Shown piece after piece: positions 9,201 through 16,416 of a stretch of 26,498 nucleotides of DNA (positions are counted from its first letter, which is position 1; each line of letters opens with the position of its first letter). The stretch is from a virus. Its lineage: Duplodnaviria > Caudoviricetes. A model generated the notes under the pieces. The model searched no databases, was not told the DNA's origin, and saw only the letters and a program-made list of their open reading frames with translations. Position numbers and translations under genes: made by a program. Location: IMG/VR virus record IMGVR_UViG_3300032675_000120, positions 1-26,498 of that record; one strand, given 5' to 3'.

Positions 9201-10318
9201 AGGCGAAGCGAGGCACCTTGGTGGTTGTCTGGTACATCGTCCCCGCCACGCTCTTCGCCCGATTCTCCGAGGATATAGGGCATGATTACGGTTTTTGCGT
9301 CAGTTGATGAGAAAAGGCAGTCACGGACGGGGGCGTTCATTACTGCGCCAACACGGGATGCTAAAAACTCTTGGGCTGCTAGGACTTCGGCCTTGTAAAG
9401 GCGCCCGGTCTTGTTTCCGTACCAGTCCTTCATTTGCTTTTCGATTCCACGGGAACCGTCGGCAAAGTCGACGTAGGTGAAGCCGTTGTTCTGGTTGCCC
9501 TTGAACTCTCCTTCGAGCGGTGCCCTTCGAACTATGTCCGTATTGGTGAAGGTTTGGAAGTTTGGCTGGAAGATGCCCTTCTGAACACCCACGCCAAGAT
9601 ACGTCATCTTCACAACTCCGCCCTCGTCAGAATCAATTCTGAACGATGAGCCTGATGGTAAAACCAGTTCTGACTCATTTTGCAAGATTCCAATTGCATT
9701 GCTTCCTGCGGGGACGGTGATTTCTGCCACTGCTGGAATCGCCAGACTGCGAGAAAAGTTTTCGGCTACGGGTTGCCTGAGAGACGTTGACACAAATCCT
9801 TTGTCCGTGAATATATCGCCAGAACTAAGTGTGTTGTTGTTCCCCTTGTTCGCCCCCATGTTGAATTTGTCCACGCCACGAAAAACGACAGCCCCCGTTT
9901 TTAAAGTATTAGACATAATCGCCTTTTGCATTATGTCCACGGCGGGTGCCTTACCGCTTGGGTACTCACCCGTTCGAAGCCCGGTGTTGATGTTTTGGAA
10001 ACCGCTCACTGTGTATGCGGTAAAAGCGTTCTTTTCGGCACTTGTAAGGTTTGAGTCGGCTGGGGTCATGCCACTGCCAACTTGGTCGGTAAAACCAGTG
10101 CAGTTCTGACGTATCCAGTCGTAGGACTTTAAGACGCCATCCCACTCGTCGCTCTTTTGCCACGGAAGTATTTCAGGACGTTCCAAAGTAGCGGTTCCAC
10201 CTTCGCCCCCCGTGTACTGATTACCGTGGAATTCGTGACCTGGGGTGTCACCCTTGGAAACCGTTTTGGTAAAAACAACGTCGCCTGCTTGCCAGACGAA
10301 GCGGTTACTTGTCTTCAT
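6293..10318 (-). CDS. Six-domain effector polyprotein: ART (VIP2/Alt-like), kinase-like, GNAT, ART-like, ART-like, kinase-like
   Basis: Domain motifs in order: VFRG...FVSTS...ESE; DYLTANSDRRPKN...GIDH; VYIPELGS...GAATAIQYELAKYA; LFSG...LASFT...HEQ; VYRG...LYMTSS..MAHAYA...GYDG...DEVV; DEAIGNPDRNVGN...GIDHG. Five KGD..GH.FHGNQY motifs lie at domain starts. ATG 10318, overlapping the upstream gene end, is preferred to 10351. Confidence 0.85.
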   Translation of the reverse strand: MKTSNRFVWQAGDVVFTKTVSKGDTPGHEFHGNQYTGGEGGTATLERPEILPWQKSDEWDGVLKSYDWIRQNCTGFTDQVGSGMTPADSNLTSAEKNAFTAYTVSGFQNINTGLRTGEYPSGKAPAVDIMQKAIMSNTLKTGAVVFRGVDKFNMGANKGNNNTLSSGDIFTDKGFVSTSLRQPVAENFSRSLAIPAVAEITVPAGSNAIGILQNESELVLPSGSSFRIDSDEGGVVKMTYLGVGVQKGIFQPNFQTFTNTDIVRRAPLEGEFKGNQNNGFTYVDFADGSRGIEKQMKDWYGNKTGRLYKAEVLAAQEFLASRVGAVMNAPVRDCLFSSTDAKTVIMPYILGESGEERGGDDVPDNHQGASLRLFDYLTANSDRRPKNLMFATDGRIVGIDHALCNFRLREPSPELISQLWNHGVNAESLLILKPKLETLRGIFTTIGMSDKFDNMMANLESLIDKFQKIENYATIQKGDIEGHPFHGNQYETGESGGSVSPDAKQFITDSASKFFSKGGKVTFYDCKSSQDSYDKFPSLWGVGKGEGGENDYSKGQAAKIDRALASSEKKLENTTDPEMKTQVLRITNGYRMMEDTLNDFMSSGGKMIVATDKNDQICAIMRIGNTDAKGNVYIPELGSTNKVPGAATAIQYELAKYASENGWGVTATAGRGAEGYHQAIGRTTTPTGQIGEDGYVWNSSSWTPQQCAEIASLSVKNPNIEIAKGDVEGHVFHGNQYEAGQGGEEIPVQRLVRAWSITDNTDKWRQLSDSWSQQLQNAVLNAPPSKSELFSGVSVPPNELEQKYGIGKELKMTLASFTDKPSVARDFASKREGYKIYSTPRSNLKVILHLPAGTKALDTNQYGGVARFHEQIVSGDFVVVSQSKSAGYTNVYLQQKTIQKGDVAGHAFHGNQYTGGIRVYRGVTSSAGRQATLDGSIGRGTSGDALYMTSSYDMAHAYANGYGTENPTEPHVMSGTISPSAKLIDSKDLPDEIANEPESEWLKANGYDGMVIHHNGGGIFGDEQNDEVVIVNPSVVKWDEEDAKEPGVEKAKPNKHLVEAEELREDAKIAQLMGDFDGANELHYKAMLEREKAEKITKGDKPGHEFHGNQYEKVGGFQALKTTEVAKKLGNKKILGGVQNTGFTKVELADGSIGIIKHGMTQEDADKEVLASKIGKALDAPVRDAVIIKKTPSGRCDVLSPFVDGKVISTDEDLDPSEVAETMGAKAQTDMARVQFLDEAIGNPDRNVGNVMVFQHDGTERLLGIDHGLSFSYEPDAHELLDLAQSAHYSNAEITRADKKMQSLTSDASVPESLRMNILNETMPAWNGFMKEWSANQKPSK

Positions 10319-11993
10319 TCGCTTCACCCAATGCACCCTGAATGTAGGCAACGCTTATTGGTTGGATGTGGTCGGTCGAACTGCTTGACTCATCTTCGTT
10401 TTCAAAATTTGCCTGGGTATCGGGTAGGAGGACATGCTCTGCGGTGTCCAAGTAGCCCCAGTCCTGAGCGCCTTGCTTGAACGGTGGGTTTTCGTACTTT
10501 GTAATCTGTGATTCGGCTGGAGAGTGTGTCGGAGCGACAGACATCATGTAGGCGGTCTTGGCCTGCTGGTCTTGCTCGCCCGCTTTTTCTTCCAAAATCC
10601 GTGCATTGTCGGCGCTGTGAGGGTGGTTTGATGAGCGTTCATGGTTAGCAGCGTCCCGAAATTTAGAAGCAGCGAACTGATGTGCGATTGTCGCTGACTC
10701 CCACTTGCCCAATTGACGAAGTTGGTCGCCCTTCATGGCAGATTCTTGGGCACTATCGGCTGAGTGCTTTGCCGGTGCTGAAAAAGTTCCAAGCGGGTCG
10801 TAGTTTTTCGTCATCTGGTTTTCCACGACCGGCGTTATTTCGCACTGGCAGTTGGGGTGCAACGGTGGCTGAACGTCGTCGCCCATGTCATGGACACCTT
10901 CTTCCGCCTCGCATTGCTCGCAAGCGGTTTCCGTGCAAATCCAATTAAATTGGCTGATTCCAGCCTGGTCGTAGACCCCCAGAATCCCAGCGTTGTATGC
11001 CCTTACGGATTCGGTGAGGAGAATCATGTTGAGACGGGCGGGGTTGTTGACTAGGGCATTTATTTGGCTCGTCACATCCCCAATGTCTGCTCCGCTGATT
11101 ATGCCCTGTTGGATTGAGGTGGCGATGAGTGAAAGGGTCGTCTTATCCAGACCTTTAAGAATCTGAGCCTGATTCTTCATTAGGCCGTCGAGTGCTTTTT
11201 GGGCGTCTGGATTGGAAAAACCAACTTGCCCCGCACCCGCCAAAACGCCAGCATTTCCAGATTCGAGGTAGAGACTCGTCAAAGCCTCTGCCATTGGCCC
11301 TGAGTCGATGGTGATTGAGTTGTTTACCGCATTTTGAGCGACGCTGGCGATTGTATTTGGGTCTGTTGAACCGTTCAGTTTCTTGTTTGCCAAGGCAAGG
11401 GCGGTGGCAACTCCTGCGATTCCGCCGACAAGTGCTGAACTCATTTGAACGTGGTGGGAAGCAACAACTCCCGCAATGACGCTATTGAGAATCCCGCCCT
11501 TTTTTACTTCTTCATTTTGGTCAAGGGCGCTTTTTTCCAATGTGGCCGTCTTTTGGTATTTACCGCCACGACGCTTGTATTCTTGTACGACCCAGCCGTT
11601 GGCGACCGCTGAAGGGTAGACATCAAACTTGGCCTTTGCCTCTGTTTTTACCTTTTCATAGAGGTCTTTGTCTGTGGGCTCGCCTTTTCGCCCAGAAAAA
11701 AGCCCCGTGTAATCAGGCTCTTCTTCGGTTTTTTTTACTTCCCCCTCGGCCTTACCTGCTGGTTCTCCAGTGGCGTCAATGTGGCGAAGTTGGCAGAATC
11801 CCTCTGGATTGTCGATGTGCTTGCCTGCGATTGCTACGCAAGCCTCAAAATCCCCAGGTGAGCCCCAATTTATCTGGCCATCCGCTCCAGCGTTGTACCA
11901 GTCAATTAGCCCCTGGGCGTTACCTGCCTTGTGAATCTCTATTTCACGAGCGTTGGACAACCATGCGCTGATTTCATTGTCTGCTCTGCTCAT
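10305..11993 (-). CDS. MuF/SPP1 gp7-like minor head protein with extra N- and C-terminal domains
   Basis: RLNMILLTESVRAYNAG...W...ACEQC...PPLHPNCQC is the Phage_Mu_F signature. N-terminal modules are WGSPGDF..C...PEGFC.LRH and LYEKVK.EAK.KF..YPSA.ANGW.VQEYKRRGGKY. Confidence 0.85.
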   Translation of the reverse strand: MSRADNEISAWLSNAREIEIHKAGNAQGLIDWYNAGADGQINWGSPGDFEACVAIAGKHIDNPEGFCQLRHIDATGEPAGKAEGEVKKTEEEPDYTGLFSGRKGEPTDKDLYEKVKTEAKAKFDVYPSAVANGWVVQEYKRRGGKYQKTATLEKSALDQNEEVKKGGILNSVIAGVVASHHVQMSSALVGGIAGVATALALANKKLNGSTDPNTIASVAQNAVNNSITIDSGPMAEALTSLYLESGNAGVLAGAGQVGFSNPDAQKALDGLMKNQAQILKGLDKTTLSLIATSIQQGIISGADIGDVTSQINALVNNPARLNMILLTESVRAYNAGILGVYDQAGISQFNWICTETACEQCEAEEGVHDMGDDVQPPLHPNCQCEITPVVENQMTKNYDPLGTFSAPAKHSADSAQESAMKGDQLRQLGKWESATIAHQFAASKFRDAANHERSSNHPHSADNARILEEKAGEQDQQAKTAYMMSVAPTHSPAESQITKYENPPFKQGAQDWGYLDTAEHVLLPDTQANFENEDESSSSTDHIQPISVAYIQGALGEANEDK

Positions 11994-12028
11994 AAAGACC
12001 TTTAAAAGTGGGGTTAGAACTACCCCCT

Positions 12029-12053
12029 ACTTTATCCCAACAATTGGAAAGTG
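12029..12053 (-). promoter_or_regulatory. Putative phage late promoter, copy upstream of MuF
   Basis: Minus strand CACTTTCCAAT-N8-TAAAGT; the most divergent copy. Confidence 0.45.
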
Positions 12054-12060
12054 CGAGAAA

Positions 12061-12279
12061 CTAAAGGTCTACAGTTGGGTCACTGTCAAGGCTGTCAAGG
12101 GCTGGGTCGCCCTTCCAGTACTTGTCAAAGAATGATGCGCTTGGCTTCCAAGTCTTGTTAACAGAATCCCATGCCTGGGGGTTTCCTAGGTTCTTCTGAA
12201 CCCTGTAGTAAGCAATCGGCCTGTTGTCCTGGTAAGAGGTCAATTGAAAATAGAGGTAATCCTGGTTTTCGTCGCTCAT
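12061..12279 (-). CDS. Small aromatic-rich protein, candidate immunity protein
   Basis: 72 aa (YLYF...AYYR...AWD..NKTW...YWKGD), downstream of the alarmone-synthetase gene, ATGA-coupled to the 91-aa ORF. Confidence 0.6.
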   Translation of the reverse strand: MSDENQDYLYFQLTSYQDNRPIAYYRVQKNLGNPQAWDSVNKTWKPSASFFDKYWKGDPALDSLDSDPTVDL

Positions 12280-12551
12280 CCTACATACTCCTTTATTTGC
12301 TCACCTGTGAATAATTTTGGCAAGGTGAATATTGCCCCATTTGTCCAGTTGTTACTTAAAATGTCAAACGTTTCCTGGTCAGAAATGTGTTTTTGACCAG
12401 CGTTCTCAACTGTATAACGCTTGCTAATAGAATCGATAAAGATTTTTGCCAATCTAGTAACTTCGGTGAACTCGCCGTTGCTGATTGTTGCCGAGCCAAG
12501 AACGCCCTCCAACGGCTGGGCGATGCTGTAAAAGTAAATGCTTTCGCTCAT
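12276..12551 (-). CDS. Small hypothetical protein, candidate immunity protein
   Basis: 91 aa with a GAGGA RBS and its own sigma70-like promoter. It lacks the repeat motif. Confidence 0.6.
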   Translation of the reverse strand: MSESIYFYSIAQPLEGVLGSATISNGEFTEVTRLAKIFIDSISKRYTVENAGQKHISDQETFDILSNNWTNGAIFTLPKLFTGEQIKEYVG

Positions 12552-12574
12552 AAACTAAAATCCTCTCGGGGACT

Positions 12575-12604
12575 ACTATACAACTGTACGGTACTAGAAG
12601 TCAA
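12575..12604 (-). promoter_or_regulatory. Sigma70/SigA-type promoter for the two small ORFs
   Basis: Minus strand TTGACT-N18-TATAGT, overlapping the end of the upstream toxin-like gene. Confidence 0.65.
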
Positions 12605-14426
12605 ACGACTTCTTTACGGCCGGGGTTCCAACCGTGTTGGCAAAAGGCGGGATTGGGACGGTTGCCCACATGCTTCTCATTTGGGCTTGACCCTGAGTGT
12701 ATTCTTCCGAGTTCGGGTCTTTTGTCCGTGTCGCTTCGTAGAGCGGGTGAACTTCGTCAATCATGGCGAGCGATGATGGCGTGTGGAACTGCAACTCAAA
12801 CAATTGGTTTGTAACGGAGTCTTTAAAGACGCAGTTCATTCCACGGTACGAACTATCGGGGTTTTCGTTGAAGTAGTTCTTGTCCTTGCCCGGCACTAGT
12901 TCAAAGCCCTCTGAACGCATGGATTCAAGGGTGTCTTGAACGCCCTTCGCCCACTTATCGTCAGGGTAGGAGATGGTGTATCGAAGTGCGTCACCGATTC
13001 CTGTTGAAGCCTCTTCGATTGCCCCTCTTGGTGTGTCAAAAACGTCTTTTGAGTCAAGCAAAATCTTTCGAGTAAGGCTTTGGACTGTCTTTAAGCGGAA
13101 TTCTGGCTTAATTGGTGTTCCACCAGTTTGGGCTGCTGCGCTTTGGATGGCACCAGTGATTCCACCAAACTTACCGTCACCAGTCTCCGCCTTCGAGGAG
13201 CGTGTGTAAAGCATCTTTGCGATTGAACGTGCGTAGCGATAGCGACTGCTGTAACTGCTTCCTCCGCCTTCGCCAACCGTGTACTGGTTCCCACGAAATG
13301 CGTGACCTGCGGACTCGCCCTTTTCAACAGGAAGTGCTGATTTTGTTGTGTCAAAAGTTTGGTCGGTCGGTACCGTAGCAACTTTTATATCCCTGGTCGG
13401 CGTAACGCCTGATGGCGTAATACTGCTAGAAGTTTCCCTCAAAGTTGGACGGGCGTTTGTCCAGTACGCATACTGGTCAGGAAATATAAGACCGCCACGG
13501 TTAAGTGCCATCATGTAGTCACGACTGGGCTCGTAGAGGCCGTCATACCCAGCAATTGCTGGCGTAGTGCTTGCTGACTTTGAACTGTCTCCCCAAAGCG
13601 CAATGCCTATAGCGTTTGCTTCATTTTGCGTGTAACCATTGTCTACAAGCATTTGCTTCAATCCGAGGCTGTCTGCTTCAGACTTACCGCCAACTGTTTC
13701 ATCGCCAAGCATTGTCATTTTTGCCATGCCCTTTGAGCCAGCAACGTAAACATTGTCTGGGCTGTCAAAGCGATAGCGGAAGATTCCACCCTCACTGCTA
13801 TTTGTGGCGTAGTCGTGTGGGGCAGAGCCTAGTTTTGACGATGAATAAAAAGCAGCACCCCATGCAGGGCCACCGTAACGAGGGGTGTCTCCATACATAA
13901 GGTTCGACATTTTTGCTGAAAGAGGCTGAGAGCCACTGCGTGTTGTCAATCCTGAGAAATAGCACGGGCTTGTCATCTTGTCGAACTCTGATGTCGGCAC
14001 TACCTTTGGAAGAGCCGTGCATCCAATCATTCCAAGAATCGCAGCGTTTTCGGTATCCGCAGTTCCAACCTTTGCTTGCTTTTCAAGATTTTGACGATAT
14101 GACTCTGGGTCGGTCAAAATCTTTGTCATATTTTGGTTGAACCTATCTACGTGGTCTGCTGGAACGCCAAGGAACTTGGAAATAGTCGAAGAGACTTCCA
14201 CGGCTTTTTGTATTTTGGGGTCTAGCGCTGGTGCTGATTCTTCCCTCCCGCCTTGCGAAGAAGGAGTTTTTGAACGGCTCGCACGTTCAGAGGGGAGCGG
14301 GTTTCCATTTTCGTCGTACTTGACCCATTGGTTTCCGCCGAAACCGTGCCCCGGCTTTCGACCAGAGCCTTTTCCGCCCTTTGTTACCTCTAGAAACTTT
14401 GCTATTGAGTTTGGAATGTTTGACAT
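12594..14426 (-). CDS. Two-domain effector: ART-like domain plus RelA/SpoT-superfamily (Tas1/Apk-like) nucleotide pyrophosphokinase
   Basis: C-terminal half has FRLKTVQSLTRKI, GDALRYT, SYRGMN and FELQFHT...HPLYE. N-terminal half has YFSGL...YGGPAWGAAFYSS...HDYA...GYDG. A repeat motif separates the two. Confidence 0.8.
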   Translation of the reverse strand: MSNIPNSIAKFLEVTKGGKGSGRKPGHGFGGNQWVKYDENGNPLPSERASRSKTPSSQGGREESAPALDPKIQKAVEVSSTISKFLGVPADHVDRFNQNMTKILTDPESYRQNLEKQAKVGTADTENAAILGMIGCTALPKVVPTSEFDKMTSPCYFSGLTTRSGSQPLSAKMSNLMYGDTPRYGGPAWGAAFYSSSKLGSAPHDYATNSSEGGIFRYRFDSPDNVYVAGSKGMAKMTMLGDETVGGKSEADSLGLKQMLVDNGYTQNEANAIGIALWGDSSKSASTTPAIAGYDGLYEPSRDYMMALNRGGLIFPDQYAYWTNARPTLRETSSSITPSGVTPTRDIKVATVPTDQTFDTTKSALPVEKGESAGHAFRGNQYTVGEGGGSSYSSRYRYARSIAKMLYTRSSKAETGDGKFGGITGAIQSAAAQTGGTPIKPEFRLKTVQSLTRKILLDSKDVFDTPRGAIEEASTGIGDALRYTISYPDDKWAKGVQDTLESMRSEGFELVPGKDKNYFNENPDSSYRGMNCVFKDSVTNQLFELQFHTPSSLAMIDEVHPLYEATRTKDPNSEEYTQGQAQMRSMWATVPIPPFANTVGTPAVKKSFDF

Positions 14427-16399
14427 TAGAGTTGATGCCTTCCTCTAAGAGAAACTGCTCGCATTTCAGTTGCCTTTGCGTTTTTTAGGCCGTCAAGAGC
14501 GGACTTGTAGTCAGATTGTGCTGATGAGTTCCCCGATGCAACTGCCTGGTCGTACAGTTTTTGATAGGAAGTAATTGCGTTCTCAAAAACATTTCTACTG
14601 ATTCCGCTTCCATCATTTCCCGCACCATTTGTCGCAATGTATTCGTCAACCTTACTTGCAAAGTAGGGGGCGGAAACCTCCAAGAGATTCTGCGTTGCTT
14701 GGTCGTACTTTGCATTTACGTTGACAATTTTGTCAATGTTTTGAGCAATTTTTTGGGCGCCGTTAGTCGTTGTTAGGTCAAAGTTCCTAAATGAGGATTT
14801 TGCGGTTTCGTAATTACTTAGCGCTTGATTCGCTGATTGAAACCTATCGGAAATGCTTGCGCTTGAATCTTGTGAGTTTGCAAGTGCCGAGTCTCCGTCT
14901 GCAACGTACTTGTCTGTCTTGATTAAATTCTGAACCCCAGAAAGGCTTTCTTGCAGTGACTTCGCTTCCTGGAACGCACCTTGTCGGTAGATTCCGAGGC
15001 CAGAAACAAAGTCTTCTGAACCAGAGTTCATGTTTCTTGCATCAAGACCATCCACGGCTTTTGATGCTGAATCAAGAGCCGTGGATACAAGGGTGTATTT
15101 TGCCGACGGGTCGCTTTCGCTTTCAATTGACGGCAATTGTGATTTTGCTTTGTCAAGCGAAATAAGCCCTTGGGCATAACTCCTTGCGGAGTCGAGAGCA
15201 TAAATCCTGCTTTGACTGTCATTCATTATTTTTGTTGTAAGCGTCGATAATGTCGGGTCATTTGTCTTGTATTTAATGCTTTGGGCTGTGTCGTACAGAC
15301 TTCTTGCTGAGTCAATGGCGCTTTGTCCCAACGCTACAAATTTATTAATATCAGTTGCGGAGGAAAGATTTTTTATTGCGTCATCACTTGATGATTGAAG
15401 TGATGGTAGGTTTGCGATTCCAGACTTGACCGAAGTTTCTTCGGCGCTTTGCCTCAGACCGTTCAACTTATCGCTAACAGCCTTCTCATCGTCAGTCACG
15501 GAGTATCGTCTTTGCGGGGTGGCAAGACTTGTGGCCTTCAACGCTCTAATCGATTGTGTAAAAAGCCTTGACGACTGGTCCAGAAGAGCCCCCCTATTCG
15601 AGTCGTTTGAGGGGTCTTCTGCTTTGGTGGCTAGTTCATTAGCAAGTTTCTCGTATCCCTGTGAAACGGACGCTAATTGATTGTCTGCCGTTGTTGCTTC
15701 TGCTTTTAAATCGTTTGATTGATTGCGATAGTTGAGCGCTGTTTGATTGTCCCCGGCGACACGATAAGTTGCAGAAATGAAGTCCGCTATTTTGGACGCA
15801 CTTTCCTCACTGCCCGATGAGAGAAATTTTACAAGGGACAAAGGACTAACGGGGTCTCCGTTTTGACCCTTTTCGATTTCTTCGGAAGCCGATGCCTTTT
15901 GGTCATTAACTGCTGAAATTGATTTTTGCAATGCGCTCTGGACTTCTGCCATTCGTGGCGCACGGATATTTCCACTCTTGTCAAGAAGGGTTCCGCCAGT
16001 TCCAGTAAGGGACTGAAAGCCTCTGTTTATTGCTTTTATTTGGCTATCACGGCTTACGCCTAAAGTGGCTCTTTTAATTTGTTCTTTTTGTTCATCTGTT
16101 TTAGCAAGAGCAGTTGCTTGGTTAAGCACGTCCTTTGCATCAAGGGATGAGTGAACCATTTGCGCAACGTTACCGACTGTTCGGTCTCCATTCCTGGAGT
16201 CAATTTCTTTGTTTTGGTAATAAGACTTACTTCCGAGTTCGGCTGCCGATTGGATGGCGTCATCAAACTTTTCGTATTGATTTCCATGGAAGGCGTGACC
16301 GGCCACGTCGCCTTTTTCAATCAAGGTAGGCGTGGTTTTGGTAAAAACAGGACTAATCCAGTTTTGGATTGCCTTTGTTATTGATTCGGAAGTAGACAC
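14426..16399 (-). CDS. Large alpha-helical protein with an N-terminal repeat motif; putative internal head/ejection protein
   Basis: 657 aa, Ala/Ser/Gln-rich with repeated amphipathic helices and no catalytic motif seen. IEKGDVAGHAFHGNQY lies near the N-terminus. Confidence 0.65.
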   Translation of the reverse strand: MSTSESITKAIQNWISPVFTKTTPTLIEKGDVAGHAFHGNQYEKFDDAIQSAAELGSKSYYQNKEIDSRNGDRTVGNVAQMVHSSLDAKDVLNQATALAKTDEQKEQIKRATLGVSRDSQIKAINRGFQSLTGTGGTLLDKSGNIRAPRMAEVQSALQKSISAVNDQKASASEEIEKGQNGDPVSPLSLVKFLSSGSEESASKIADFISATYRVAGDNQTALNYRNQSNDLKAEATTADNQLASVSQGYEKLANELATKAEDPSNDSNRGALLDQSSRLFTQSIRALKATSLATPQRRYSVTDDEKAVSDKLNGLRQSAEETSVKSGIANLPSLQSSSDDAIKNLSSATDINKFVALGQSAIDSARSLYDTAQSIKYKTNDPTLSTLTTKIMNDSQSRIYALDSARSYAQGLISLDKAKSQLPSIESESDPSAKYTLVSTALDSASKAVDGLDARNMNSGSEDFVSGLGIYRQGAFQEAKSLQESLSGVQNLIKTDKYVADGDSALANSQDSSASISDRFQSANQALSNYETAKSSFRNFDLTTTNGAQKIAQNIDKIVNVNAKYDQATQNLLEVSAPYFASKVDEYIATNGAGNDGSGISRNVFENAITSYQKLYDQAVASGNSSAQSDYKSALDGLKNAKATEMRAVSLRGRHQL

Positions 16400-16416
16400 G
16401 GTGTCCGTGCCCCTTA

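Noticed and set aside
9488-9511. GEFKGNQN as a further tag copy
   Set aside because: It lacks KGD and both His residues, and aligns with the N-lobe loop of the second kinase domain (LGGVQNTGF).
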